Positions 28,136-37,724 of a stretch of DNA of 64,000 nt are shown one piece after another (position 1 is the first letter of the stretch; each line of letters starts with the position of its first letter). Under the pieces are notes generated by a model. It searched no databases and had not been told where the DNA came from. It saw nothing but the letters and a program-made list of their open reading frames with translations. Both the position numbers and the translations under genes were made by a program. Source of the stretch: a virus. Where the stretch lies: positions 5,409 through 69,408 of the IMG/VR virus record IMGVR_UViG_3300005528_000059. One strand, 5' to 3'.

Positions 28136-29047
28136 CTAGGCGTCCTTGCGACGCAGGAAGACAGGGAACCTTGGACGATCTTTAGCACCAGAAGGCTGGT
28201 GTTTGATCTCGATCGTAGCACCTAACCAGTCAGCTTGGTTTTCCCAAACGAGCTTGCGCAGTGCATCATCAAAACCTGTACCAACATCAAACTCAAGCTC
28301 GTAATCATCAGCTCTACAAATCAGAGCGCCTAGTGTATTCATAGGCACTTTGTTTTCTTTGTGGGAAGAACGTTTCGTGTAGCCGCGCTCATCGATAGTA
28401 GCTTCGTTTTGGTTGCTGTAGCGTTCTTTGAAACCAATGATCGTACAGTCTAAGTCATCAAACTCTTTAAGCTTGATTAGATAGCCTTCCCGCATTGTGG
28501 AACGACCAGTCTTGTAGAGGCCCATACTGCTACGAAGCATGAGTCCTTCGAAGCCCGCAGCCATGTAATCTACAAAGACTTCTGTGGCGTGTTGGCGGGA
28601 AAAGATGTCAATATGTGGCAAGAACTCTACGTATTCTTTTAAGTTACTTTTGTCAATGGCTTCTCGTGCTTCTAGCTCGCGTTTTTGCCAAGGCAGGCCA
28701 CGACCTTCATCATACTTGTCAAACACAAGATACTTGAACTTAGGCGTGCCACCTGCTGACATAATTCCCGAGGAAGTGCTATTGTAGACATCTGGATACG
28801 CATAGCTTCCGTAAGCGTTGAGGACTACAATTTCCCCGTCCAGATGCTCCAGCGCAGGAGATGAAGAAAGCACCTCTTGGACATGTTGATTAGGCAAAGT
28901 TTTCAGTTTGCGGCTGAGTACTTGCCCTTGTTTAATGTAAGCACGGATACCATCCAACTTTGGAGAACCTACCGCTTGATTCCAGTTGATAAGGTCCCAG
29001 TCGGTTTCTTTCTTCAAAGTAGCAGCTAGTAAAGGTTGGAAACTCAT
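28136..29047 (-). CDS. ATP-dependent DNA ligase (minimal NTase + OB type)
   Basis: PKLDGIR (motif I), LDGEI, VFD, FEGLMLR, LIKLK, VGTGF, PRFPVF. Confidence 0.95.
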   Translation of the reverse strand: MSFQPLLAATLKKETDWDLINWNQAVGSPKLDGIRAYIKQGQVLSRKLKTLPNQHVQEVLSSSPALEHLDGEIVVLNAYGSYAYPDVYNSTSSGIMSAGGTPKFKYLVFDKYDEGRGLPWQKRELEAREAIDKSNLKEYVEFLPHIDIFSRQHATEVFVDYMAAGFEGLMLRSSMGLYKTGRSTMREGYLIKLKEFDDLDCTIIGFKERYSNQNEATIDERGYTKRSSHKENKVPMNTLGALICRADDYELEFDVGTGFDDALRKLVWENQADWLGATIEIKHQPSGAKDRPRFPVFLRRKDA

Positions 29048-29201
29048 GTACGCTCCTTTATGTAAGTATTGTATTATTGGCCTTCACGGGCTTTCAAGCA
29101 AGGTTAAAAACCTCGTTAGAAAAGAAATAGTTAACCCGTTTGCAGAGCTTGCTCCTGAAGTGCATAAACTGGCATAGTGTACGGCTAATTGGAGAAAACA
29201 G

Positions 29202-31352
29202 GTGCTCTACCGGACCGAAGTGCTACCCACCTCTTTTTCGAGAAAAGAGGTACGGGATCAAGAAGATGTCTGGCGCAAGGATGGCTACGAGCCATTACTT
29301 CGCAGAATGTTTCCAGAGGGAATAGTTGAGTCAGGCTGTTTCAGAGTATCGTCTAGTGGCGACTCCGGCCGAAGAATGTCATTTATCCTGGAGAACGGCA
29401 AGTGGACTGACTTCTCTGAGGAGATCGTTCGTAACGGTTTGTTGTCTTTCATCTACGAGATCGAAGGCTGGTCAGGTATCCAGAATTTTACCCGCAGAGT
29501 TAACATACCTTTTGACTTTGTTATCATGGATGGCAAACCTCCTCCGCTGGATTTCTGCTCGCGACTAGCAATTAAGATTGACAGGCTTCTCGCCGGTAGA
29601 TGGGATTATGTTGACGACGATGGCTTTTACCTAGGAAGTCGTTTACGTTTTGAGGACAAAAAAGGCGCGAAAGAGTTTCGCCTTCTTTCCAACCGCACGA
29701 GGATGGTGAAGAACGCTAACGGTAAAATCGTAGAGCGTCAAGAAGGATGGCGAATAGATGGCACATGGGTTGGGGGCGATCCACTGTACATTGAGCCAGG
29801 ATTCACTTCCCGAGACAAACCAGTATTGATCTGTGAAGGCGAGAAAGCTACAGACGCAGCTAGGAAGCTTCTTGGCGAAGAGTACGATTGTATTACATGG
29901 GGTTCAGGTTCTGCAGGCTCCGCTAGAAAAGCGATGTGGAAGTTCGTAGGCTCACGGAAAGTTTTCTGCTGGCCTGACAAAGACGAGCCTGGAAGGAAAG
30001 CCTCTTCAACATTATCCAAGTTTATCAAGGATTTGCGCGTTGCTCAGGTATGGACAGAGGAAACGCTCAAGACAGGCGACGATTTAGCTGACGTTGACGC
30101 AGACAAGATTGACTGGGTTCGACAGCTACTTCTTGACGCGCCCATAGGCGGATCAGCCGGGAGTGGCCAGCTTCGTGACGACTGGGTATATGCCGTGGTC
30201 CCCGAGCGGTTTATCAATATCAAACAAAACTTCGAGCTGACTGTTTCGGCATTCCGCAGAGCGCACATGCGACTTGGGATGATTGCAGACGAGGAGATGC
30301 TCAACGACGGCCAGACACAGCAAGTTCAGGATGTCACTTATTTTCCGGGACAGCCAGTTATTGTGACCGAGATAGACCCAGAAAACGGGACGTCTGGGGA
30401 ATACTACAATATGTGGCGAGACACAGGCGTTGAGGCAATCAATGGCGAGCCAGAAGTATTCCTCAAACATTTGGAATCTCTTATTCCAGAGGCGTATATA
30501 CGGGACGAGCTGCTGGATTATCTAGCCTTTATCACACAGAACCCTGCTAAAAAGACAACCTTCTGCCCGTTGATCATTGGGCCGCAGGGTATCGGCAAGT
30601 CCTATCTTCTTCGAGTTATGAGTGCCGTGCTAGGGCAGACAAACGTCAAGGAAATTACCACGCAAGATTTATCCTCAGACTTCAACAAATGGATGACCAA
30701 TTCTCAGTTGATCGTTGTGGAAGAAATCTTCGGAGCCGGTAAACGCGAAATTACAAACAAGATGAAGACACTGATCTCATCACCTACAGTCCAAGTCAAT
30801 GCTAAAAATAAGAACCTCCGAGAAATTGAGAACAGAGCAAACTTCCTACTTTTCAGCAACGAGCGTGTACCGCTGATTATCGACCCCGATGATCGGCGGT
30901 TTTTCATATATCGTTCCCAGATGGAAGCACAGCCTGCATCTTACTACTCTGATCTATTCTCGGACTTGGAAGACAAAGGTGGTTCATATATCCGCAGATA
31001 CCTGGAGAATAGAGACATCTCGCACTTCAGTCCAAACAAGGTAGCTTTGATGACACCTTCCAAACTCGAGATGATCAAAGCCAACGAGTCACCGATTGAA
31101 GCTGTTATGAAACTAGCGATTGAAGCCAAGCGTAGTATCTTCAGTATGAATCAAGTAACACTGTTTGATATTGTAGAGTGGTGTACTTCCCAGAAGGGCG
31201 TGCGTATGGCTGACGTCACTGTTGACGCAGTTCGCAACCTCTTGGATAAATTAGGGTGCGCCCAAAGTCCGCCGCTTGAAGGCGCGGAAGCTTATTTTGT
31301 AAGAGAAGTTCCTAATCCTGAGGCTCAGGCAACACAAGCTCAAATCTTTTAA
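29202..31352 (+). CDS. Toprim primase fused to an SF3 (D5/DUF5906-like) helicase
   Basis: ICEGEKA and WPDKDEPG (Toprim); GPQGIGKS, IVVEE, FSN, DDRRF (SF3). Confidence 0.9.
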   Translation: MLYRTEVLPTSFSRKEVRDQEDVWRKDGYEPLLRRMFPEGIVESGCFRVSSSGDSGRRMSFILENGKWTDFSEEIVRNGLLSFIYEIEGWSGIQNFTRRVNIPFDFVIMDGKPPPLDFCSRLAIKIDRLLAGRWDYVDDDGFYLGSRLRFEDKKGAKEFRLLSNRTRMVKNANGKIVERQEGWRIDGTWVGGDPLYIEPGFTSRDKPVLICEGEKATDAARKLLGEEYDCITWGSGSAGSARKAMWKFVGSRKVFCWPDKDEPGRKASSTLSKFIKDLRVAQVWTEETLKTGDDLADVDADKIDWVRQLLLDAPIGGSAGSGQLRDDWVYAVVPERFINIKQNFELTVSAFRRAHMRLGMIADEEMLNDGQTQQVQDVTYFPGQPVIVTEIDPENGTSGEYYNMWRDTGVEAINGEPEVFLKHLESLIPEAYIRDELLDYLAFITQNPAKKTTFCPLIIGPQGIGKSYLLRVMSAVLGQTNVKEITTQDLSSDFNKWMTNSQLIVVEEIFGAGKREITNKMKTLISSPTVQVNAKNKNLREIENRANFLLFSNERVPLIIDPDDRRFFIYRSQMEAQPASYYSDLFSDLEDKGGSYIRRYLENRDISHFSPNKVALMTPSKLEMIKANESPIEAVMKLAIEAKRSIFSMNQVTLFDIVEWCTSQKGVRMADVTVDAVRNLLDKLGCAQSPPLEGAEAYFVREVPNPEAQATQAQIF

Positions 31353-31794
31353 CTCGAGAATCAAAAGCCTCAATAATATCGTTAAGCATCGCTAGACGAC
31401 CCTCGAAGAATTCTGGGGTCTGTATTTTTAATGGGTGGTTTCTTTGAACTTTAGTGAATAAACAAGGCTTCGCCGAGAACATCAGATAGTAGACTTTGTT
31501 CGGCATAGAGGAGTAGAACTGCGATCGATAACCACAGAAGAAAGGATCGTTTTCTCCCTGAGGATATTTGCGTTCCATATTCTGAACGGCGACAAGCAGC
31601 CGAGCAACTCGCATGTCAATATCCGAGAATATACGGTTACGATATTTTCCTTTATAGGCTGTATCCATGGATTTAGAACGCATTTTAGGAAGAGTGTTCA
31701 CATACTCTGCTACTTTCTGTAGGAGCTCAAACGGAGGAGCTTTGACAGCATCCATTTGATTTGTGACTTTATCTTTCTGGCGTTCTTCTGTCAT
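31312..31794 (-). CDS. Hypothetical protein
   Basis: 160-aa ORF coupled to the upstream minus-strand gene. Confidence 0.55.
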   Translation of the reverse strand: MTEERQKDKVTNQMDAVKAPPFELLQKVAEYVNTLPKMRSKSMDTAYKGKYRNRIFSDIDMRVARLLVAVQNMERKYPQGENDPFFCGYRSQFYSSMPNKVYYLMFSAKPCLFTKVQRNHPLKIQTPEFFEGRLAMLNDIIEAFDSRVKRFELVLPEPQD

Positions 31795-32114
31795 AAATTA
31801 GGAGCCTTTATTTTCCTAGTCAGGCGTGCAGTTTCAAGAACAGCTTCACCGTGAAAAGTGATTTTGTATTTGCTTCTTTTACCATCTGGAATTCTCAAAA
31901 CCAATTTCTTCTCGACAAGGTGTCTCGCGACGTAGCCATCGATCCGCTGGGAAGTTCCAGCTTTCTCTAAGACGCCGAGCCAGAAAAGCGCAGTATCCGA
32001 AAGAGCAAACGCAATGCTGTCTATTGAATCTTTGCGTGGATCAAATCGTGAACGAACTGGACCTTTAGGGCGAGTTGATCTAAACGGTGGGGCCATATTG
32101 TTTTCCTTGAGCAT
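31791..32114 (-). CDS. Hypothetical basic protein, wHTH-like C-terminus
   Basis: ARHLVEKKLV..YKITFHGEAVL; true start probably MAPP (~32096). Confidence 0.5.
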   Translation of the reverse strand: MLKENNMAPPFRSTRPKGPVRSRFDPRKDSIDSIAFALSDTALFWLGVLEKAGTSQRIDGYVARHLVEKKLVLRIPDGKRSKYKITFHGEAVLETARLTRKIKAPNL

Positions 32115-32121
32115 TTAGTGC

Positions 32122-32149
32122 TTGCTATGCAGTTAGGACGCTTTATAGT
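32122..32149 (+). promoter_or_regulatory. Phage promoter
   Basis: TTGCTA-N16-TATAGT. Confidence 0.65.
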
Positions 32150-32185
32150 GCAACCCATGCTAGTTAAATAGCTAACTACGCAGCA

Positions 32186-32401
32186 ATGGAGGCTACATTG
32201 TACACATACAAGCAATTCAAGCAAGCTGTTAATGCCTACCTAATAGGCAAGATTGGCTTGTCAGCAGACGACCTTGCAGACTGCCAATGGCGAGACTTGT
32301 TCGAAGACACATTTGAAGAAACAGGTGTGCTCGACATTGAAGCTCTCATTGACTGTGTAGTTGAGTATAACCCAGAAGTAGAGGAGTTTTTACGTGATTG
32401 A
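32186..32401 (+). CDS. Small acidic protein
   Basis: First gene after the promoter; D/E-rich C-terminal half; start may be TTG 32198. Confidence 0.6.
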   Translation: MEATLYTYKQFKQAVNAYLIGKIGLSADDLADCQWRDLFEDTFEETGVLDIEALIDCVVEYNPEVEEFLRD

Positions 32402-32795
32402 AGGTTTTGTCGAACTGCCAGCGAGCAGGCATTCCGGTGGTAATGAAGAGTATTCATTGTCGTTTACCCAAGAACGTGGGAAGACCATTTTGAACCTTCG
32501 TGTACCAAGTGATGACACAGTCATCAGTCCAGCTAAGCAAGCAAAAATCTTAATCTCAGAAACAGAGAATAAGATTGCTGTGGTTAGCGCAGATTCAGGC
32601 CGCAGCATTCGAATCAAAGGCCACTCTATTATCATTCGTGTAGGCACTGTTGAAGCTGAAGAACGCGAAAACCTTGAAAAGCTGCGCGAGTTATATCCGA
32701 TCACTGGTAAGATTGTGTTTGGTGATACCAATCACCACCTTATCAAAATTTCACAGCCGTTGTTTGATGTAATCCGTAAGCAATTCATGGCTTAA
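32394..32795 (+). CDS. Hypothetical protein
   Basis: gaggag RBS; overlaps the previous stop. Confidence 0.6.
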   Translation: MIEGFVELPASRHSGGNEEYSLSFTQERGKTILNLRVPSDDTVISPAKQAKILISETENKIAVVSADSGRSIRIKGHSIIIRVGTVEAEERENLEKLRELYPITGKIVFGDTNHHLIKISQPLFDVIRKQFMA

Positions 32796-32818
32796 CTTAA
32801 CTCTACTGGGAGGAAACT

Positions 32819-33490
32819 ATGAACGACCTTAGCTCTGTCTACCGTCGTGTGCGAGCCTTGCTTGCCAAGACTGAAGAAAACAATTGTACCGAAGCAGAAG
32901 TTCTTTCTGCTATGGCGAAAGCGCAATCTCTTATTGACCAGTACAACCTAGATATGTACAGTATAGATGAGCCTGACAAACTCAGCTATAAAGTGTTTAA
33001 GATGCAGTCGGCTATGAAATACCCGCGTGGCTGGCGAGGAAACATTGGCACCGTCCTTGGAATAAATACAGGTGTCTACGTGTATTACCACACTCTTCAA
33101 AAAGAGAAAGACGACTACCTTGTTATCTGTGGTCGCGAAGAAACAGTCCAGACCGTGGAACACATCCTGCTTTATCTTATCAAATACATTGAAAAAGAAG
33201 GTGCAAATTTCGTAAAGAGACACGGATACGGATTACAGCAGAAACGAGAATTCTGTAAGGGCATGTCTTTGAAAGTATGCTCAAGAATATCTTCTGCTAG
33301 TAATCTTTCTGATCACCCTAATCTGCCTAGTATCCTAGAAAATCAAATTCTTTTGATTAAAGAAGATCTTGGACTAGAGGTCAAGACTGTTAAGAGGAAG
33401 ATAGTTAAGACTTCATCCATACTTGCGGCTGGCTACCAAGAAGGTGATAAAGTTCCATTGCGTCCTGAAACTAAAAAGGTTGCTGGCTGA
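32819..33490 (+). CDS. DUF2786-domain protein
   Basis: RVRALLAK.....TEAE...AM.KAQ.LI..YNL N-terminus; AGY.EG C-terminus. Confidence 0.75.
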   Translation: MNDLSSVYRRVRALLAKTEENNCTEAEVLSAMAKAQSLIDQYNLDMYSIDEPDKLSYKVFKMQSAMKYPRGWRGNIGTVLGINTGVYVYYHTLQKEKDDYLVICGREETVQTVEHILLYLIKYIEKEGANFVKRHGYGLQQKREFCKGMSLKVCSRISSASNLSDHPNLPSILENQILLIKEDLGLEVKTVKRKIVKTSSILAAGYQEGDKVPLRPETKKVAG

Positions 33491-33528
33491 ACGCATGTAA
33501 AGTAATCTGCCATTTCAAGGAGACTGAA

Positions 33529-33987
33529 ATGGCAGATATGAATTTGGTCATGCTCATGGGCAGGGCTGGTAAAGATGCAGAACGTATTTCAATTAGCGAT
33601 AACTTCTCGTACGTGAAGTTCAGCTTGGCTACTTCTGAGCGATGGCTAGACAAAGCTTCTGGGGAGTGGAAAGAGAAAACTCAATGGGCGAACATCGTTG
33701 TTCGTAATGACCATTTGATGGAAACTGCGATGAAGAAAGTGACCAAAGGAACTTATCTGATGGTTCATGGAACGTTAGAAACTCGCAGCTACGAGAAAGA
33801 TGGAAAAACGAACTATGTTACTGAAGTAGTGATTCCAAAGTTTGGTGGGGTCCTTAATGTCATCACAGCTAAAGAACAATCTTCGTCGAGCAGCGGGGAC
33901 CGAGATCATTTTCCTTCGGCTCCTCCTGCTACTCCTTCAAAGAAAGGCTATCCGTACAATACGCTGGACGACGATATCCCATTTTAG
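33529..33987 (+). CDS. ssb: Single-stranded DNA-binding protein (bacterial type)
   Basis: NLVMLMGR.GKD.E, FSLATSERW.DK.SGEWKEKTQW, G.LETRSYEKDG, LDDDIPF. Confidence 0.95.
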   Translation: MADMNLVMLMGRAGKDAERISISDNFSYVKFSLATSERWLDKASGEWKEKTQWANIVVRNDHLMETAMKKVTKGTYLMVHGTLETRSYEKDGKTNYVTEVVIPKFGGVLNVITAKEQSSSSSGDRDHFPSAPPATPSKKGYPYNTLDDDIPF

Positions 33988-34062
33988 GCTCAATAGCTCA
34001 GTGGATAGAGCATCCGCCTTCTAAGCGGACGGTCGCAGGTTCGAATCCTGCTTGAGTCGCCA
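33987..34062 (+). tRNA. tRNA-Arg(TCT)
   Basis: 76-nt cloverleaf: ggctcaa/ttgagtc acceptor stem, D-arm tagctcagtggatagagc, anticodon arm tccgc-ctTCTaa-gcgga, T-arm gcagg-ttcgaat-cctgc, encoded CCA. Confidence 0.96.
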
Positions 34063-34152
34063 AACTAATAGCAGCTAGAGCTTTTATCTAGTTTGCAGGT
34101 GTGCTAGTGTTGCAGTGGAATGTACTCCGACATTTCGCTCCCGAGTCAACTT

Positions 34153-34185
34153 AGTCCCCCGTAGTTTGCGGGGGACTTTTTCTTT
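34153..34185 (+). terminator. Intrinsic terminator
   Basis: agtcccccg-tagtttg-cgggggact followed by a T-tract. Confidence 0.85.
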
Positions 34186-34200
34186 GGGAAAAGTAAAGGC

Positions 34201-34228
34201 TTTACAAGAACTTACGAACGTTTAAGGT
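34201..34228 (+). promoter_or_regulatory. Promoter, probably giving a leaderless mRNA
   Basis: TTTACA-N16-TAAGGT, 6 nt before ATG 34235. Confidence 0.5.
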
Positions 34229-34234
34229 GGGTTT

Positions 34235-34483
34235 ATGGTTACTTTTGAACAGGCGCTACAGATTATATCCAATAGCCAAGGCGTTTCTAAAAACTCCTTG
34301 AAGAAAGGATTAGAAACTGTTGCTCCAGAAGACTTAGGACTTCTTATTGAGTTTTTGCGTAAAAGAGTTCCTGTAGGGTTTTATGCAAGACTTCAAAAGC
34401 GACTTACTAACGAATTAGTGAAAGGAAATCTTTTCCTTTCACAGCACACACGAACAACGATGAAGGAGTTTCTAAATGTCTGA
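34235..34483 (+). CDS. Hypothetical protein
   Basis: First ORF of a coupled operon. Confidence 0.55.
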   Translation: MVTFEQALQIISNSQGVSKNSLKKGLETVAPEDLGLLIEFLRKRVPVGFYARLQKRLTNELVKGNLFLSQHTRTTMKEFLNV

Positions 34484-34718
34484 TGCAACAATTATCAAAA
34501 CCATTGCTCTTATTGGTGAGCTTTCCACCATCTCGCGTAAGATTGCTTTACGAGAAGAAGTAATTTCTGATTTAGCAGGAAAATATACTCCTGAGGAACT
34601 AGAAAAGACATTCATGGAACTCGAAGGTTTGTACATGGAGCGACTTGATTTTCTCCGCAGGAACAGAGCTACTATGGCTGAGTCCCAGAGCATCATTTCT
34701 AAGAAATATAGTAAATAA
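34476..34718 (+). CDS. Hypothetical helical protein
   Basis: aaggag RBS; coupled. Confidence 0.6.
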   Translation: MSDATIIKTIALIGELSTISRKIALREEVISDLAGKYTPEELEKTFMELEGLYMERLDFLRRNRATMAESQSIISKKYSK

Positions 34719-35080
34719 TGCCTAGGAGCAACTTCCGTAAGCGTGACTCAGCTTACCTTGTGAAAAGTAGCCCTGACTCCCTGTTGCTCCTCTACTCAGT
34801 TTATCGCAAACTGAGTAGAGGAAAGACAAAGAATTCTACGTTATCTGCCTTGCTTAACGAATGTGGGGAGCTATCTACAGAGAAAGATCGACAGATCGCG
34901 CTGCTGCTTTTGTCGCGTCATGAAGCTTCTCGAAAACAACAAGTCGCTATAGAGCCAATGCTTGGAAGACTAGGTCAGGAAGGTCTTAAAAAACTCATGC
35001 GTGATTGCCTAGAACATTGGGCAAACTCAGCAGATGCTCCTATTCCAGCGGTGCTAAATAAACTCTTGCAGAAACTTTAA
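34718..35080 (+). CDS. Hypothetical protein
   Basis: TAATG coupling. Confidence 0.55.
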   Translation: MPRSNFRKRDSAYLVKSSPDSLLLLYSVYRKLSRGKTKNSTLSALLNECGELSTEKDRQIALLLLSRHEASRKQQVAIEPMLGRLGQEGLKKLMRDCLEHWANSADAPIPAVLNKLLQKL

Positions 35081-35083
35081 CAG

Positions 35084-35111
35084 TTGTATTCTTGCTAGGA
35101 CAGCTTAGGGT
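35084..35111 (+). promoter_or_regulatory. Phage promoter
   Basis: TTGTAT-N16-TAGGGT, then aaggag RBS. Confidence 0.65.
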
Positions 35112-35137
35112 GTAATTGTAAACGTAAGGAGATACAC

Positions 35138-35659
35138 ATGCACCAGCAGTTCGAGCAATTTCACAATCGGTTATACCGAGCAGTGACCGCTAGTCCCCTC
35201 GGTGGGACACAATTCGTTCAATACCAGCATGGCGGTTGCGCAAACATTTTAGAGTTTCTAGATACTGTGATGTACCAGCATTATCCAGTTACCTACATCT
35301 TGAAAGATTTTAGTCTTGGCAAGATAATTGATATGCAAGCTTATCTGACTCATGGATTCAAACGCCCAACTCCAGAGGCTCTTCAACCAATTTCTAGGGC
35401 GTTGGGATATTTTTTCAGCTTCTGCACTAGCTTAGGTATTAACGAGGTGACTACAGACGTACCTGCTCAATTTCACAAATCCTTGGAGAACCCTAGAACT
35501 TGTATGATTCTTAAGAATCTAACTGCTGAGTTGTACATTCCTCATCGAGAAGTGTTGCTTGTAGCTGACAATTTAGTGTCTGACTTTGGAGCATGCTTTG
35601 CACCAGAACCAGATGAAGGCGAAGAGCCAGTGAACACGGAGTTCCTTAACGACCGCTGA
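35138..35659 (+). CDS. Hypothetical protein
   Basis: Promoter and RBS. Confidence 0.65.
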   Translation: MHQQFEQFHNRLYRAVTASPLGGTQFVQYQHGGCANILEFLDTVMYQHYPVTYILKDFSLGKIIDMQAYLTHGFKRPTPEALQPISRALGYFFSFCTSLGINEVTTDVPAQFHKSLENPRTCMILKNLTAELYIPHREVLLVADNLVSDFGACFAPEPDEGEEPVNTEFLNDR

Positions 35660-35718
35660 GGGACGACACGTTTACAGGAGAAAAGTTCTAAGGCACTATT
35701 CCTACAAAGGAGATTCCC

Positions 35719-35973
35719 ATGCGCATCATGACTGTAGTAGTGTTATACGATCTTTCCTCAGTGTGGCCTAAATCTGACGAAGAACCGAACGCAGATAATG
35801 ATGCGTTCGTGGATCGTTTAGCGACAGTTCCAGGCTGTATCCAGGTGCAGCATTCTTTTGATCAATACATCGAAGTTGATCTCCAAGTTAGTTGTTTCAA
35901 AGAAGCCGAAGTTCGCTCTGCAGAAATTTGGAATACCATTCTAAACATCCTAGGGGTAGAGCAGCCATGCTAG
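35719..35973 (+). CDS. Hypothetical protein
   Basis: aaggag RBS. Confidence 0.6.
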   Translation: MRIMTVVVLYDLSSVWPKSDEEPNADNDAFVDRLATVPGCIQVQHSFDQYIEVDLQVSCFKEAEVRSAEIWNTILNILGVEQPC

Positions 35974-36107
35974 AGAACCTCAACCTCTGGAAAAATATCG
36001 CAATCGGAATAGGAGTTTATCTAGTTCTACTAGTAGTATTCTTATTCTTCTTCTCTATCGCCGTTTCTAAACATAAAATCTCGGAAGGTTTCTTTGATGA
36101 TAAATGA
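35967..36107 (+). CDS. Small membrane protein
   Basis: One strong TM helix; start moved to ATG 35967. Confidence 0.5.
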   Translation: MLENLNLWKNIAIGIGVYLVLLVVFLFFFSIAVSKHKISEGFFDDK

Positions 36108-36453
36108 CTGGGCCTCTTTTTGCTTGCTGTTAGCTACGTTAATCATAGTGTTTCTTGAGACAGAGAATCGCTACCAACAATCTTTAATAGCAAGTAGAGA
36201 CAAGCATATCAAAAAGATATCTGATCACAGTTACAGGGTGATCGATGTCGCTGGAAAAATAGCAGATAGTTTGCAGCAAACTGAGAAATCTCTGCACATT
36301 TCCAAACAGGTGATCGAAGAGCTTCTTTCTAGAGCTGTGCCATTTATCGATGACTCTTCAGATTTAGAAAGTTTAACTGAATTCCGTGAGACTATGCGTG
36401 TCTATTACACGGAGTGGAGAAAAATTCACCCCTATGGAGTACCCGATGCCTGA
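36094..36453 (+). CDS. Membrane-anchored coiled-coil protein
   Basis: N-terminal TM; coupled. Confidence 0.55.
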   Translation: MMINDWASFCLLLATLIIVFLETENRYQQSLIASRDKHIKKISDHSYRVIDVAGKIADSLQQTEKSLHISKQVIEELLSRAVPFIDDSSDLESLTEFRETMRVYYTEWRKIHPYGVPDA

Positions 36454-36742
36454 GGACCTACAGCACTATCTGAGTTTAATGGAAGAGAAACACGCCAATC
36501 TTGAGCAAGAGCACGTTCAACTGCAAAAAGATTTTGACGTAATCTCGAGTAGTCTTAAAGAACTAATCGAGATACTCATCGAATTATTTCCAGCGGGAGC
36601 TACGAACACCCGTGCCATTCAAGTCAAACGTTATCTACTTCAACAGTACCCGCTGTTTTTAGATAAAATTTCTCCGATGTACTTGGTAGCTATACGGGAA
36701 GAAATTCAACATTCAGACAAGAAAAGAACCCGGAGGAAGTAA
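36446..36742 (+). CDS. Hypothetical coiled-coil protein
   Basis: ggag RBS, ATG 36446. Confidence 0.55.
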   Translation: MPEDLQHYLSLMEEKHANLEQEHVQLQKDFDVISSSLKELIEILIELFPAGATNTRAIQVKRYLLQQYPLFLDKISPMYLVAIREEIQHSDKKRTRRK

Positions 36743-37101
36743 TGGAAAACATAGAACGACGTCATCTTGGTGAAGACCTTTACGCTAGTTGTGATGGCTA
36801 TCACATCTGGTTAGAAAAAATACTGCATAGCCCAGACACTTTTCAAAAGATTGTGGCGTTAGAACCAAGCGTCTTTTTTGCTCTTTCTTCGTATGCTAAA
36901 CGATCAGGATTTGGTACAAACTCTAATGAGCTTAGTGACCCTACGTATCTTGGGGACGGTGTTTATGCTCATCATATCCCTAGTGTAATTACTTTAAGTG
37001 TTGGTAGTCATCTGGCTCCTGTTGATGTTGTGTTAACTCGAGAGCTTTTTCAAAAGCTAGAAGAATACGCCGAATATATTGGACAACTTGCGAAAGAATA
37101 A
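36742..37101 (+). CDS. Hypothetical protein with an internal duplication
   Basis: HLGEDLYA..VALEPSVFFALSSYA / YLGDGVYA..VVLTRELFQKLEEYA. Confidence 0.65.
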   Translation: MENIERRHLGEDLYASCDGYHIWLEKILHSPDTFQKIVALEPSVFFALSSYAKRSGFGTNSNELSDPTYLGDGVYAHHIPSVITLSVGSHLAPVDVVLTRELFQKLEEYAEYIGQLAKE

Positions 37102-37108
37102 AAATAAC

Positions 37109-37136
37109 TTGTATTGAAAATACGAAATATTACTGT
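37109..37136 (+). promoter_or_regulatory. Phage promoter
   Basis: TTGTAT-N16-TACTGT. Confidence 0.55.
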
Positions 37137-37162
37137 TACATTAGCAACTAAGGGAGAACAGT

Positions 37163-37342
37163 ATGAACGAGACAGTCCAACGTGGTTGCCACATGCGCCA
37201 CGAAGTTCAAGAAGATTTACTTCTTCGCGAACTTAAAAAGAGAATTGATACTCTGTTGCGTAGTGGTCAAAGTGGGCCTGAGCTGAGTTCAGCTTGGGAA
37301 AAATTCCGTGAGTACTCAGATTCGCGTAAAGAGCTAGCTTAG
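37163..37342 (+). CDS. Hypothetical protein (59 aa, not in the ORF track)
   Basis: agggag RBS; MNETVQRGCHMRHEVQEDLLLRELKK... Confidence 0.55.
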   Translation: MNETVQRGCHMRHEVQEDLLLRELKKRIDTLLRSGQSGPELSSAWEKFREYSDSRKELA

Positions 37343-37355
37343 GAAGTAAAACTTG

Positions 37356-37383
37356 TTGCTTAGAACTGTGGACCTTTTAAAGT
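37356..37383 (+). promoter_or_regulatory. Phage promoter
   Basis: TTGCTT-N16-TAAAGT. Confidence 0.55.
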
Positions 37384-37412
37384 GGTTTTACTAACTAAGT
37401 AGGGAGAGTACT

Positions 37413-37724
37413 ATGCACATTGAGCCTTTATCCAAGCACGCGTCTATCGAAGACTGGGGACTCTTACTTGGATTCTTAGATGAAGAAGACCCTGCATCGG
37501 TAGTTGAGCAATTTGCTGCTGGTTATGGATTCGGTAAACTCTACGAAATGGGTGGAAAAATCAATTCCAACTCCGGTAGATACGAGTCAGCTTATGCCGA
37601 AGATCCACCATTGGACCCGCTGAGTGTTCTGTATTTCCGCGACGAAAAAGTTATGCTTTTTCCGTATGCGATCGTGGCTATTATAAAGCCTGATACGCCT
37701 ACTTTCATCACCCGCATGGACTAG
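37413..37724 (+). CDS. Hypothetical phage protein
   Basis: agggag RBS. Confidence 0.65.
   Translation: MHIEPLSKHASIEDWGLLLGFLDEEDPASVVEQFAAGYGFGKLYEMGGKINSNSGRYESAYAEDPPLDPLSVLYFRDEKVMLFPYAIVAIIKPDTPTFITRMD

Noticed and set aside
18096-31352. Introns or inteins in polA, terL, nrdJ or the primase-helicase
   Set aside because: All are continuous and of normal length; no intein splice motifs or homing-endonuclease ORFs were seen.
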